A stretch of DNA of 64,000 bases from Acidobacteriota bacterium (GTDB lineage Bacteria; Acidobacteriota; UBA4820; DSQY01), in contig JAJYCJ010000005.1 of assembly GCA_021778515.1 (NCBI GenBank), positions 1,341 through 65,340 of the forward strand, written 5' to 3'. This document shows positions 1 through 9,537 of the stretch, in pieces. The notes under the pieces were generated by a model that did not search any database, had not been told where the DNA came from, and saw only the letters and a program-made list of their open reading frames with translations. Position 1 is the first letter of the stretch, and every line of letters begins with the position of its first letter. The position numbers and the translations under genes were made by a program.

Positions 1-1391
1 GGAGTGGCGGCCTGGAGTTGGCCGCGCGGGGTGATTACGCCGCTGACCCCCCCGTTGGCGCTGCGGATCAGATAGCGATCGTTCTCCACCGCCCGGACCC
101 GCTGCATGAGAAAGTCCTGGTCGGGTCCGGGCGTGCCCCGGTACCAGGCATCGTTGGTCATGTTCACCAGGAGCTGGGCCCCGTTTCGGACCTCCCGGCG
201 CACGAGGGACGGGAAAATGCCTTCGTAACAGATGGTGACTCCCACCTTTCCCTCCGGCAGGGAGAGGGGCTGAAGGCTGTGGCCCGGAGCGAACTCCCCG
301 ACCTCCTCCACGATGGGTCTGGCGAAGAAGAGCCACTGGCGAAGGGGCACGTACTCGCCGAAGGGCACGAGGTGGGTCTTGGCGTAGCGCCCCGCCTCCT
401 TGCCGTCGGGCATGACCAGCACGGCGCCGTTCTGGTAGCCGCCGGAGGAAGAGAGGACGCTCCCCACCAAGATCGGGGAGTTGATGGCTCCGGCCACCTT
501 CGCCACGGCCAGGCGGTAGGTGGCGTCGGCGTCCCATTCGAAGGGCGTGCTGGATTCGGGCCAGACCAGGAGCTTCAGGCCATAGTGTTGAAAGGCCATG
601 GAGAGATCCAACGTCCGCTTCAGGATCATGCCGGAGAATTGGGGGTCCCACTTGCGGTTTTGCGGGATTTGGGGCTGCAGATAGCCCACCGGCATGGCCG
701 GCCTTGGCTCCACGGGCTGGGCGTTCCACCACGCACCCGCCACATAGGAACCCACGAGGAGGACCAGCGCGACGGGAACGGTCACCAGGGCGACCGTGCT
801 ATGCCGATCCCTGAGGTACAGGGTGACGGCGGCAGAGCCGAGGAGAGCCAGGAAGGAGAGCCCCAGAATTCCGAAGAGCCGGGTTCCTTGCAGGAAAGCG
901 GGGTAGAGGCTCAGCGCGTATCCTGGTCCCCACCACGGAAAGCCGCTGAGGAGGACGCCGCGGAGCCACTCCCAGAGGACCCAGGCGAAGGGAGCCAGGA
1001 CGATGGCCCAATCGCCGCGCCGCTTCACCAGAAAGGCCATGGTCCCAAGAAAACCCGCCATGTAGAGCCCCAGGACCCCGCACATGCCCAGGACCAGAAG
1101 GAGCGCCAGCGGCTCGGCGATGTTCCCGTATCGGACCAGCGTTGGAATGAGCCACCAGAGGGTGCTGAACTCCCACAGGGTCCCCGCCAGCCAACCCTTC
1201 GACAGCACTTTGGCCATGGGGACACCGGGAAGCGAATACAGCAGGGGCACGAAAGCCAGGACGGCCAGGATCCCGATCCCGTACGGAGGAAGGGAGGCGG
1301 CCCAGAGCAGAACCCCAAGAAGCAGGGAGAGCGGCCACCTCAGCCGATCCGACCCAAGGAACCCCAGCGCGCTTGCCACTCTTCGATCCAT
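1..1391 (-). CDS. lnt: Apolipoprotein N-acyltransferase (Lnt); C-terminal end runs off the window start
   Basis: Minus-strand translation gives a polytopic N-terminal TM region followed by a CN-hydrolase domain (..VTICYEGIFP.., ..NMTNDAWY..PDQDFLMQRVRAVEN..). Absent from the ORF track because it is truncated by the window edge. ATG at complement 1389-1391 overlaps the recG 3' end by ~50 bp; a downstream alternative start is possible. Confidence 0.85.
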   Translation of the reverse strand, partial: MDRRVASALGFLGSDRLRWPLSLLLGVLLWAASLPPYGIGILAVLAFVPLLYSLPGVPMAKVLSKGWLAGTLWEFSTLWWLIPTLVRYGNIAEPLALLLVLGMCGVLGLYMAGFLGTMAFLVKRRGDWAIVLAPFAWVLWEWLRGVLLSGFPWWGPGYALSLYPAFLQGTRLFGILGLSFLALLGSAAVTLYLRDRHSTVALVTVPVALVLLVGSYVAGAWWNAQPVEPRPAMPVGYLQPQIPQNRKWDPQFSGMILKRTLDLSMAFQHYGLKLLVWPESSTPFEWDADATYRLAVAKVAGAINSPILVGSVLSSSGGYQNGAVLVMPDGKEAGRYAKTHLVPFGEYVPLRQWLFFARPIVEEVGEFAPGHSLQPLSLPEGKVGVTICYEGIFPSLVRREVRNGAQLLVNMTNDAWYRGTPGPDQDFLMQRVRAVENDRYLIRSANGGVSGVITPRGQLQAAT

Positions 1392-3520
1392 TGGTTGAAT
1401 CGCTCCTTCTCGTCCGCATCCCACGTGAAATCCTGGGCGGCCAGCCGGGCCGCCCAATTCCTGGCCTTCTGAAGCATATCAAAATCTTGCAGCGGATTGG
1501 CCAGCCGGAACCCCCCCCCTCCCCACTGCTGGGTACCCGCCGGCTCTCCGGCCCCGCGGAGCTGCAGGTCAGCCTCCGCGATGGCGAACCCGTCGCGGGT
1601 GCCCTCCAGGACTTTGAGGCGCTTCAGCGCATCCTCTCCGGCGTCCGGACCCTGCATCAGGATGCAGTACCCTTTGTGGCCGGCCCGGCCGACCCGGCCC
1701 CGGAACTGATGGAGCTGGGCCAGACCGAAGCGTTCGGCGTGTTCGACCATCATGACGGAGGCCTCGGGCAGGTCCACTCCCACCTCGACCACGGATGTGG
1801 CCACCAGGAGCCGGATCTCGCCGCTCCTCAATCGCTCCATCACGGCTTCCTTTTCCCGCGGCTTCATGCGGCCGTGGAGGAGGGCCGCCGGGTAGCCCCG
1901 GAACGGCCCCGCCGTCAGCCGCTGGAATCCCTGCGTGGCGGCCTGGAGGTCGGTGGCCGCCGACTCCTCCACCAGCGGGTAAATGACGAAGACCTGGCGC
2001 CCCGCGTCCATCTCGCGCCGCAGGAACTCCTCCACCCGGTGGCGCGCCGATGGGCCTCGGACCGCCGTCACCACCTCCCGGCGCCCGGGCGGCAGCTCAT
2101 CCAGGACGCTCAGATCCAGATCGCCGTAGAGGGTCAGGGCCAGGCTCCGCGGAATGGGCGTGGCCGACATGACGAGGACGTTGGGCTCCCTCCCCTTCGC
2201 CACCAGCCGCGAGCGCTGAACCACGCCGAAGCGGTGCTGCTCGTCGATGACGACCATGCCCAGAGAGGCGTAGTCCACTCCCTCCTGAAAGAGGCTGTGC
2301 GTACCGACGATCAGCCGCAATTCTCCGGAGGCGAGGTCGGCCAGGAGATCCCTGCGCGCCTTCCCCTTCACGGCGGCCGTCAGGAGCCCCACGGGCATCC
2401 CTGAGGGCCCGGCCATAGATTGCAGCTTCTTGAACTGCTGGCCGGCGAGCACCTCGGTGGGCGCCATGAAGGCCGCCTGGAAGCCCTGGTGCGCGGCCAT
2501 GATCATGGCCAGAAACGCCACCACCGTCTTCCCGCTTCCCACGTCCCCGTGCAGGAGCCGGTACATGGGCGCGGGCGACTCCAGGTCCGAGACGATCTCC
2601 TTGAGCACGCGGCGCTGGGCCCCCGTCAGGTGGAAGGGAAGGAGCCTGCGCAGGAGATCGCCGGTGGCGGGATCGGGGCGGATGACCACTCCGCTCAGGC
2701 TCTTCCTCTCCTGCCGCGCCGCCATGAGGGAGGATTGAAGCCCGAGCATCTCCTCGAAGGCCAGCTGCCTGAAGGCGGGCGTCTTGAGGGCCGCCAGATC
2801 CTTCAGTGACTCGCCGTCATCAGGGAAATGGGCCTTGAGAAATGCCTCTCCGCGGCCCGCCCAGCCCTCCTCCCGAAGCAGGGCCCTCGGGAGCACCTCC
2901 GGAATGGACCGGCCCGCTTCGAAAACCCTGAACATGAGCGTGCGGAAAGCCTTGCTGGGCAGGTTCCCCACCTTTCTATAGACGGGGACGATCCGATCCA
3001 AGTGGATGGCGGCCTCGCCCGGCGAGGGCACCTTCTCCACCTCCGGGCTCTCCATCTGGAGCCTCAGCCCACCTCGGACGGAAAAGAGTTCGACCCTCCC
3101 GAAGAGGAAAAGCTCCGTGCCTTGAGGGAGGGATTCCTTGAGCCAGGGCTGGTTGAACCAGACCACGTGGACGCTTCCCGTGGCGTCCGCCACCAGAGCC
3201 TCCGTGACGTGCACCCCCCTGCGCCTGGCGCTTCGCGAGGTGACGGCGAGGAGCTTGGCCCTCACGCAAACCGTCCCGCCTGGGCTGAGGGAGGCGATGG
3301 GGACGGGATGGCGGCGGTCTTCGAACCGGAGGGGAAGCCACCACAGCAGATCGTCGCGGGTGACGAGCCCCGCGGCCGCCAGGCTCCGCGCCGTGGCAGG
3401 GCCGACACCCGGCAGTCCTTGGAGGCCCTGGCCGGGCGGGGCCCGCCTGGAGGGCGTATCAGTCGCAGCGCTCTTCGTGGTTCCCGTTCGCCGCGTAGAG
3501 CTCTTCGATGAGATGGGCAT
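1340..3520 (-). CDS. recG: ATP-dependent DNA helicase RecG
   Basis: 726-aa ORF. N-terminus ..LPGVGPATARSLAAAGLVTRDDLLWWLPLRFEDR.. matches the RecG wedge region. Walker A GDVGSGKT, DEQHRFG box and helicase C motifs are present. The true start may be internal (GTG/TTG), since the ORF overlaps the acyl-CoA ligase 3' end by ~60 bp. Confidence 0.9.
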   Translation of the reverse strand: MPISSKSSTRRTGTTKSAATDTPSRRAPPGQGLQGLPGVGPATARSLAAAGLVTRDDLLWWLPLRFEDRRHPVPIASLSPGGTVCVRAKLLAVTSRSARRRGVHVTEALVADATGSVHVVWFNQPWLKESLPQGTELFLFGRVELFSVRGGLRLQMESPEVEKVPSPGEAAIHLDRIVPVYRKVGNLPSKAFRTLMFRVFEAGRSIPEVLPRALLREEGWAGRGEAFLKAHFPDDGESLKDLAALKTPAFRQLAFEEMLGLQSSLMAARQERKSLSGVVIRPDPATGDLLRRLLPFHLTGAQRRVLKEIVSDLESPAPMYRLLHGDVGSGKTVVAFLAMIMAAHQGFQAAFMAPTEVLAGQQFKKLQSMAGPSGMPVGLLTAAVKGKARRDLLADLASGELRLIVGTHSLFQEGVDYASLGMVVIDEQHRFGVVQRSRLVAKGREPNVLVMSATPIPRSLALTLYGDLDLSVLDELPPGRREVVTAVRGPSARHRVEEFLRREMDAGRQVFVIYPLVEESAATDLQAATQGFQRLTAGPFRGYPAALLHGRMKPREKEAVMERLRSGEIRLLVATSVVEVGVDLPEASVMMVEHAERFGLAQLHQFRGRVGRAGHKGYCILMQGPDAGEDALKRLKVLEGTRDGFAIAEADLQLRGAGEPAGTQQWGGGGFRLANPLQDFDMLQKARNWAARLAAQDFTWDADEKERFNQWIEEWQARWGSLGRIG

Positions 3521-5291
3521 ACCGTTCGTCGATCACCCGCCGCTTGACCTTCAGGGTGGGCGTCAGCTCCCCCTCCTCCTGGCTGAGCTCCCTGGGCAGC
3601 AGTTTGCAGCGCTTCACCTGCTCGTAGCGAGAAAGGTCGGCGTTGGCTCGTTCGATGACGTGGCCGAACAGGTGCTTTACCACCGGCTCCTCCACCAGGT
3701 CCCGCGGGTCGATCTTGTGCACGCCCTTGGAGCGGGCGTAGTCGATGACGTTGTCCCAGTTGGGAACGATCAGGGCGGTGATGTACGGGCGCCGATCGCC
3801 GATCAGGACGGCCTGCGAGACGTACTTGTTCATCTTGAGCAGGTTCTCGATGGGTTGCGGCGCCACGTTCTTGCCACCCGCCGTGACGATGAGCTCCTTC
3901 TTCCGGTCCGTGATGAATAGGTAGCCGTCCTCGTCGAGGCGGGCGATGTCGCCCGTGGCGAACCAGCCGTCCTCCGTGAGCACCTCGCGCGTTTCCGCCG
4001 GCATCTTGTAATAGCCGCTCATCACATTGGGGCCCCGCACCCAGAGCTCTCCGTCCTCGGCGATGCGGACCTCCACGTTGGTGAGGGCGCGCCCGGGCGA
4101 GCCGAAGCGGATCTGGTCGGTGCCGTCGGCATCCACCTCGTTCACGGTGACGACTGGCGTCGTCTCCGTCAGGCCGTAGCCCTCGGCGATGGGGAGGCCG
4201 CAGCCGTAAAAGAACACCGCGAGGTGCCGAGGGAGCGGGGCTCCGCCCGAGACGAAGAAGCGGATCCGCCCGCCGACCTTCTCCCGCAGCTTCTTCGCCA
4301 GGATCTTGTCGGCGATGGACCTTTTGAAGGCCAACCCGGCCGGGACCTTCCCGGCCTTCTTCGCTTCGGCCCACGCGCTCAGGGTGTCCATGCTCCAATG
4401 GATGAGGCCCTTCTTGATGCGGGAGGAGTGAGCGGCCTGCTCCATGAGGCGCGCGTAGACCTTCTCGTAGAGGCGAGGAACGGCCGCCATGACCGTGGGC
4501 TTCACCTCGGCCAGGTTCTCGGCGACCTTGTCGATGCTCTCCGCGTAGGCGATGCTCATTCCCTTCCAGAAGAAGCAGTAGTCGATCATGCGCTCGAAGG
4601 AGTGGCTGAGCGGAAGGAAGACGAGGGCCCGGTCGTTCTGGTCGATGGCCAGGTACTCCATCCCCGCGCGGCAGTTCTCCACGAAGCATTTGTGTTCGAG
4701 CAGGACGCCCTTCGGCACGCCCGTGGTTCCAGAGGTGTAGATGATCGTCGCCAGGTCTTCCGGCTTCACGGTCCCTGCCACCCTGCGGTGCGCCCCCGGG
4801 TTCTTGGCCGCGAAGTCCTGTCCCCACTGAAGGATGGTGTCCCAGGGGAGCAGCTCGCCCGGCCCCTTCGGAGGGGGATCCATGATCACGATGTTCCGAA
4901 GGCGCTTGAGCGAGTCTTTCTGGGAGAGGAGTTTGTTGGCCTGGTCCTCGCTGGAGACGATCGCCACCTCGGCGTCCGAGTTCGCCACGATGTAGGCGCT
5001 CTCGACCGCGTTCAGCGTGGCGTAGAGGGGCACGTTGACCGCCGCGGCGGTGAGGATGGCGTAGTCGGCCATGAGCCACTTGGGGCGGTCCTCCGAGATC
5101 AGGGCCACCTTGTCCCCCGGCTTCACCCCCAGGGCGATGAGGCCGCAGGAGAACCGCTCCACCGTCCGGGCCACCTCCTCGGAGGAAACCACCTCCCAAA
5201 GCCCCTTCTTCTTGCGCATCAGGAGGTCCGGCCTTTTCAGGTTGTCCACGGTGTTGAAATACAGGTCACACAGGGTCCGAATTTCCGCCAT
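3459..5291 (-). CDS. Long-chain fatty-acid--CoA ligase (AMP-dependent synthetase/ligase, FadD-like)
   Basis: AMP-binding motif IIYTSGTTGVPKGV, ..GYGLTETT.. and ..TGDIARLDEDGYLFITDRKKELI.. Start taken at MAEIRTL (ATG at complement 5289-5291). Confidence 0.85.
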   Translation of the reverse strand: MAEIRTLCDLYFNTVDNLKRPDLLMRKKKGLWEVVSSEEVARTVERFSCGLIALGVKPGDKVALISEDRPKWLMADYAILTAAAVNVPLYATLNAVESAYIVANSDAEVAIVSSEDQANKLLSQKDSLKRLRNIVIMDPPPKGPGELLPWDTILQWGQDFAAKNPGAHRRVAGTVKPEDLATIIYTSGTTGVPKGVLLEHKCFVENCRAGMEYLAIDQNDRALVFLPLSHSFERMIDYCFFWKGMSIAYAESIDKVAENLAEVKPTVMAAVPRLYEKVYARLMEQAAHSSRIKKGLIHWSMDTLSAWAEAKKAGKVPAGLAFKRSIADKILAKKLREKVGGRIRFFVSGGAPLPRHLAVFFYGCGLPIAEGYGLTETTPVVTVNEVDADGTDQIRFGSPGRALTNVEVRIAEDGELWVRGPNVMSGYYKMPAETREVLTEDGWFATGDIARLDEDGYLFITDRKKELIVTAGGKNVAPQPIENLLKMNKYVSQAVLIGDRRPYITALIVPNWDNVIDYARSKGVHKIDPRDLVEEPVVKHLFGHVIERANADLSRYEQVKRCKLLPRELSQEEGELTPTLKVKRRVIDERYAHLIEELYAANGNHEERCD

Positions 5292-5335
5292 CACCCCCTC
5301 CTCCGTTGAATGACAGTCTAACACGGCGCCCGGGC

Positions 5336-5944
5336 TCAGCGGCCCAGGCCTCCGGCGGGAACGTTGATTCCCAGGACCCCGTCCACCCAGTGGTCCCCCT
5401 CCCTGATGAAAGGCACCGCCACGTAGGCCAGGCCGGTGGGTTCGAAGAAGCCCTCCACTCCCGTGACGTCGCCGGCCCTGTCCAGATAGGCCAGCCAGGT
5501 CAGGCGGGCCATTTCGGGGAGGTCCGCCGGATCCAGCACTCCCTCCTGAACGGGGGCCTCCCCCGGCGCCAGGATGATGTTCGCCGGAGCCAGGGCGTAC
5601 CGGAGCGTCAGGTTATCGTAGAGCGCCGCCCGCGGGCTCCAGAAGGCCGGGAAGAACAGGGGCCCCAGAGGGGTCAGGCGATCGTAGGCCCTCCCGCGCT
5701 CCTCGTCCGGCGCGCGCCAGCTCGCCTTGCCCTCCAGCCGCCAGAAGGGGACGTAGATCGGCTCTCCCGAACCTATGCCCGCCGAGGGTTTGGCGTACAG
5801 GAGGGGGAAGGGTCTCGGAGATCGGTGCATGGAAACCGCCAGGCGGCATGGGTGGCAGAGAAAGACGAGGGCCCGGCCGCCGCCCGCCAGCTCGCCCCCG
5901 CACCGAGGACAGGCCAGGGGAACCAGCAGGGCCTCGCCGGTCAT
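5336..5944 (-). CDS. Zn-ribbon protein, paralog 3 of a triplet (function unknown)
   Basis: Real start at MTGEALLVPLACPRCGGEL..FLCHPCRL (C-x2-C-x14-C-x2-C) inside a longer Arg/Pro-rich frame-shadow ORF. Shares the ..YVPFWRLEGK.. motif with the two upstream genes. ATGA start/stop overlap with the upstream gene at 5941-5944. Confidence 0.5.
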   Translation of the reverse strand: MTGEALLVPLACPRCGGELAGGGRALVFLCHPCRLAVSMHRSPRPFPLLYAKPSAGIGSGEPIYVPFWRLEGKASWRAPDEERGRAYDRLTPLGPLFFPAFWSPRAALYDNLTLRYALAPANIILAPGEAPVQEGVLDPADLPEMARLTWLAYLDRAGDVTGVEGFFEPTGLAYVAVPFIREGDHWVDGVLGINVPAGGLGR

Positions 5945-7110
5945 AGGCCCCACCGTTCCAGCCCCTTGGCGGCTCCGCCCAGGATGGCCCCCAAGAAGAA
6001 TCGCAACAGCGCATTGACGGGAGCCATGGGGCTCCTGGGCACGGGCCCCGCGGCATCCACCTTCATGCCGCCGCCTCCCAGCCGGACCTCGAGCGGGGCC
6101 CGGATCATCAGCCAGGCCGCGTTGAGTCCCAGCGCGATGAGGAAGAAGAGGAGCACGCCCACTACCGCCAGGACGCGCACCACGACCCAGCGTCCCTGGC
6201 CCTGCGCGAGCTCCTGGCCGGCGCTGACGGCGCCGGCGATGACCGAGAGGAACTGGCCGACAAAAAAGCCCAGGCCCGCGGTCATGACGAGGCCGGCCAG
6301 GACCGCGTAGTCCCTGCGGAAGGGGAGGTGGCCCGACACCCATCGCCCTCCCACCTCTTCGATAGTCACGGTGTAGAACTGGCCGCCGTAACGGAAGGTC
6401 AGGGTCTGAACCGGAATGTAGAGAAGGGTCGTCTGGAGCTGCATGACCTTGAGCTCGCCCGCCGCCGATTGGACGGCCTTCACGCCGATATCGAGGATCC
6501 TCTCGATAGGAATGTCCACGTCCACCACCTCGCCCTGGCCCGCCAGCTCCTCGATATCGGCCGGGACCGCACGGTCCAGGCTCTCCTTCACAGCGTCCCG
6601 GAGGTCCACGTCCAAGAGGTCCCAGTTGGAGAGGGCTGCCGCGGGGTACAGGTAACGGAAGTCGCCCAGGATCACGCGGCTGTCCTCCTCCACGCGGACC
6701 TCGGTCTTCTGTCGTTGGAAGGTGCGCTGATACGGCCCGCGGAGGGCGGCCGCGTCCAGTCTGGGAAGGCCGGCCCCGGGCTCTTGCACAATCCTCTCCC
6801 TGCCGGTGGCCAGCACGCCGCCCCTCTTGCCGGTGAGGAGATAGAAGGGGAGATAGCTCCTCTGCCGCCTCACGAGGAGAGCCCTGCGGCTGAGGTCCGA
6901 GGGGAGCCAGCGGCCGCGCAGCAGATCCCGCGCCGCGGCCTGCAGGTCCTGCTCGCTCATGGAAGGCGGGAGCAGGTATCGCGGGAGAAAGCCCGGTTCA
7001 CGGTAGAAGAGCGGCTTGCCGCAGAATTCGCAGATGGTCTTTCGGGCGGCCAGCGGCGGGCCGACCGTTCCCCCGCACGCGGGGCAGCTCAGCGCCCTTG
7101 GTCCGCTCAT
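5941..7110 (-). CDS. Zn-ribbon membrane protein, paralog 2 (function unknown)
   Basis: Start MSGPRALSCPACGG..ICEFCGK (C-x2-C-x15-C-x2-C) at complement 7108-7110. ..SYLPFYLLTGKRGG.. motif. Two to three C-terminal TM helices. ATGA overlaps on both sides. Confidence 0.55.
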   Translation of the reverse strand: MSGPRALSCPACGGTVGPPLAARKTICEFCGKPLFYREPGFLPRYLLPPSMSEQDLQAAARDLLRGRWLPSDLSRRALLVRRQRSYLPFYLLTGKRGGVLATGRERIVQEPGAGLPRLDAAALRGPYQRTFQRQKTEVRVEEDSRVILGDFRYLYPAAALSNWDLLDVDLRDAVKESLDRAVPADIEELAGQGEVVDVDIPIERILDIGVKAVQSAAGELKVMQLQTTLLYIPVQTLTFRYGGQFYTVTIEEVGGRWVSGHLPFRRDYAVLAGLVMTAGLGFFVGQFLSVIAGAVSAGQELAQGQGRWVVVRVLAVVGVLLFFLIALGLNAAWLMIRAPLEVRLGGGGMKVDAAGPVPRSPMAPVNALLRFFLGAILGGAAKGLERWGL

Positions 7111-7823
7111 GGCCCGCCCTCCTGGAAGAATCGTCGCGCGGCGGGATAGGCTGCCGCCGCGCTCCCCGCCACCAGAGCGAGGCTCCAGATGCCCTGCAGG
7201 AAGAAGGCCTCGGCGGTGAAGACCAGGAACAGAAGAGTCAGCATCGTCCAGAAGCGCCTGGAAATCTGCTTGGTCTGCGGGGGCGGGCCCTCCCCCAGAT
7301 GGACCTTGCCCGTGACTCCGTCGATCCACGCCGCGTAGGTCTTGTCCGCACCGTAGGTCACCCGGTAAAAGGGCACCATGACCAGGCTGAACCGGCCCGA
7401 TGCCTCGCGCCCGTGCCACTGGGCCGAGGCGCTCTCGGCGCACGGCAGCACCGCGAAGCCGCTGGCGGCCTCGTCGGAGAAGTAGACGGCGCCGGCCGAA
7501 GGCAGGCTGAAACCGTGCAGGGCGGGAGGCTGGGGGCTGAAGGCGGCGACGGTCCTCCGTCCGCCCTCCCCCTGAACGCTCCAAAACGGAAGGAACTCTG
7601 GATTCACGGACTGGACGGGAAGGGAGGGCATCTCCGCCTCGGCCAGCGCCTCCCGCAGGAGGAGATCCACCCTGGCCCGGGGCACGGCGGGCGGAATCAG
7701 GAACCGCTGGAAGGTCTGGGCCCGATCCAGGTAGAGCGTGGAACCGCAGAAGGGGCAGCGAAGGAAGGGCTCGTCCCGTTCAAGCGCGATCTTCCCGGCG
7801 CAGTTCGCGCACTGGACCTCCAT
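7107..7823 (-). CDS. Zn-ribbon membrane protein, paralog 1 (function unknown)
   Basis: MEVQCANCAGK..LRCPFCGSTLYLD (C-x2-C-x15-C-x2-C), ..EFLPFWSVQGEGG.. and a C-terminal hydrophobic helix (FWTMLTLLFLVFTAEAFFLQGIWSLALVAG). Confidence 0.55.
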   Translation of the reverse strand: MEVQCANCAGKIALERDEPFLRCPFCGSTLYLDRAQTFQRFLIPPAVPRARVDLLLREALAEAEMPSLPVQSVNPEFLPFWSVQGEGGRRTVAAFSPQPPALHGFSLPSAGAVYFSDEAASGFAVLPCAESASAQWHGREASGRFSLVMVPFYRVTYGADKTYAAWIDGVTGKVHLGEGPPPQTKQISRRFWTMLTLLFLVFTAEAFFLQGIWSLALVAGSAAAAYPAARRFFQEGGP

Positions 7824-7902
7824 CGTCCCTCTCCACGGCCCTGGAAACCTAGACCGCTCTCCCGATCATGGCGGGAAGCTCAAATCGGCCTCGAACGCCA
7901 TC

Positions 7903-9309
7903 TTACCGCCCCTTCCGTCTTCCTTCCAGCACCCCGGCCAGCCTCCGCGGCAGGTCGTAGAAACTCCCGCTGGAAAAGAAGGCCACGAGATCCCCGCCCC
8001 TCAGCCGGCCGGCGAACCACTCCAGGTACTCCTCCGGCGAGGCCATGACCTCGGCCTCCTTTCCCGCCGACCTCAGCGCGGAGGCCACGAGGACGAGGTC
8101 GAGCCGCTCCTCCGCGGGGATCTTCCCCGGGCCCGGCATGGGACCGAGAAGGACGGCCTGGGCCAGCGGAAAGGCCATGGGCAGGGAATCCTGATGCTGC
8201 CGGGTCTGGCACGTGAAGGAGCGGGGTTCGAAACAGGCCACGATGCGGCGGCCCGGGTAACGCTGGGCCAGTGCGGCGAGCGTCTCGCGGATGGCCGTCG
8301 GGTGATGCGCGAAGTCATCCACGATGGTGATTCCGCCGCCGTCGAACACCACCTCCTGCCGACGGCGGACCCCCGGGAAACCGGCTAGCGCCTCGCGCAA
8401 TGCCTCCAGTGGGGCGCCGGCCTCCAGGCAGGCCGCGAGCGCGGCGATGGAGTTCCTGAGGTTGTGGGCGCCGCTCAGGGGGCTGGCGAATGGGCCCAGC
8501 CGCACTCCCGCTCGGACCAGGACGAATCGCGCGCCCGCCGGAGTGAAGGCCACCTCGTCCGCGGTCCACTCCTCCCTTCCGGAGAGGCCGAAGCTCTGTG
8601 CCCGCCGCCCCGCCAGGGGCGCGAGCTTCCTCACCGAGGGGCTCTCCACGCCGAGGAGGACCAGTCCCTCCGGGCGCACCGCGCCGAAGAGGCGCACGAA
8701 GGCCGTTTCGAGCTCGCCCAGGGTCTTGAAATTGTCCAGGTGGTCCATCTCGATGTTATTCACGATCAGGAGGCTGGGAGCGTAATGCAGAAACTTGGGT
8801 CCCTTGTCGAAGTAGGCCGTCTCGTACTCGTCGCCCTCGAGGACGGTCCACTCTCCTCCGCCCCAGAGGAAGGAACTCTCCAGGCCCTTCACGACGCCGC
8901 CCACGATGAGGTTGGGCGCGAGTCCGGCCCTCTCCAGAAGGTAGCCGCAGAGGGCCGTGGTGGTCGTCTTGCCGTGGGTGCCCGCCACCACGAGGCTCCT
9001 GCGCCCCTGCACCGCGAAGCGCCCGATCGCCTCGGCCATGGAGAGATAGTCGATGCCCTCATCCACCGCGGCCCGCGCTTCAGAGTTGTCCGAGTGAATC
9101 GCGTTGCCGATGATCACGAGATCCGGCCTCGGATTCAGGTGTGCCGGATCAAACCCCAGGGCCACGGGGATGCCGTAGCGCGCCACCATCTCGCTCATGG
9201 GCGGGTAGAGGGCCGTGTCGCAACCCGTCACCTCGTGTCCCTGCGCCTTCAGGAGGCCCGCGAGAGCCCCCATCCCCGTGCCGCCCACGGCCATCATGTG
9301 AATCCTCAT
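7903..9309 (-). CDS. mpl: UDP-N-acetylmuramate:L-alanyl-gamma-D-glutamyl-meso-diaminopimelate ligase (Mpl) / MurC family
   Basis: Starts MRIHMMAVGGTGMGALAGLL. Mur ligase motifs GTHGKTTTT and ..IVNNIEMDHLD.. are present. ATG at complement 9307-9309. Confidence 0.8.
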   Translation of the reverse strand: MRIHMMAVGGTGMGALAGLLKAQGHEVTGCDTALYPPMSEMVARYGIPVALGFDPAHLNPRPDLVIIGNAIHSDNSEARAAVDEGIDYLSMAEAIGRFAVQGRRSLVVAGTHGKTTTTALCGYLLERAGLAPNLIVGGVVKGLESSFLWGGGEWTVLEGDEYETAYFDKGPKFLHYAPSLLIVNNIEMDHLDNFKTLGELETAFVRLFGAVRPEGLVLLGVESPSVRKLAPLAGRRAQSFGLSGREEWTADEVAFTPAGARFVLVRAGVRLGPFASPLSGAHNLRNSIAALAACLEAGAPLEALREALAGFPGVRRRQEVVFDGGGITIVDDFAHHPTAIRETLAALAQRYPGRRIVACFEPRSFTCQTRQHQDSLPMAFPLAQAVLLGPMPGPGKIPAEERLDLVLVASALRSAGKEAEVMASPEEYLEWFAGRLRGGDLVAFFSSGSFYDLPRRLAGVLEGRRKGR

Positions 9310-9491
9310 CGCCCCTCCCTCCCAGCAGGTCCGAGCCGGCGTCCCGCTCCTCGCTCGCAGAATGAGCATGATAATCCAGGGACCGCCAAAATGCAGTGCA
9401 GCCGCCGTCATGAACGGAGGCCTCCCGCGCGAGGGCCGACCGGGGCCGACGTGCGCAACCCGCTGCGGACGCGAGTTCGGGCGTGTCTTCC

Positions 9492-9520
9492 TTGAAATCG
9501 GCTGGGCTTCTTGCTACCTT
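9492..9520 (+). promoter_or_regulatory. Putative sigma70-type promoter for the pduS-like gene (TTGAAA-N17-TACCTT)
   Basis: TTGAAA at 9492-9497 and TACCTT at 9515-9520 with 17-bp spacing. GGAGG RBS 5 nt before the ATG at 9538. By-eye match only. Confidence 0.25.
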
Positions 9521-9537
9521 GGCGCAGCGGAGGCCCC

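Noticed and set aside
18-1472. 484-aa plus-strand ORF covering the window start
   Set aside because: Arg/Gly/Pro/His-rich translation typical of antisense reading of GC-rich DNA. The minus strand here encodes an unmistakable Lnt.
3262-5199. 645-aa minus-strand ORF overlapping the acyl-CoA ligase in another frame
   Set aside because: Low-complexity Arg/Gly/Pro composition. The co-located frame gives a clean AMP-binding enzyme.
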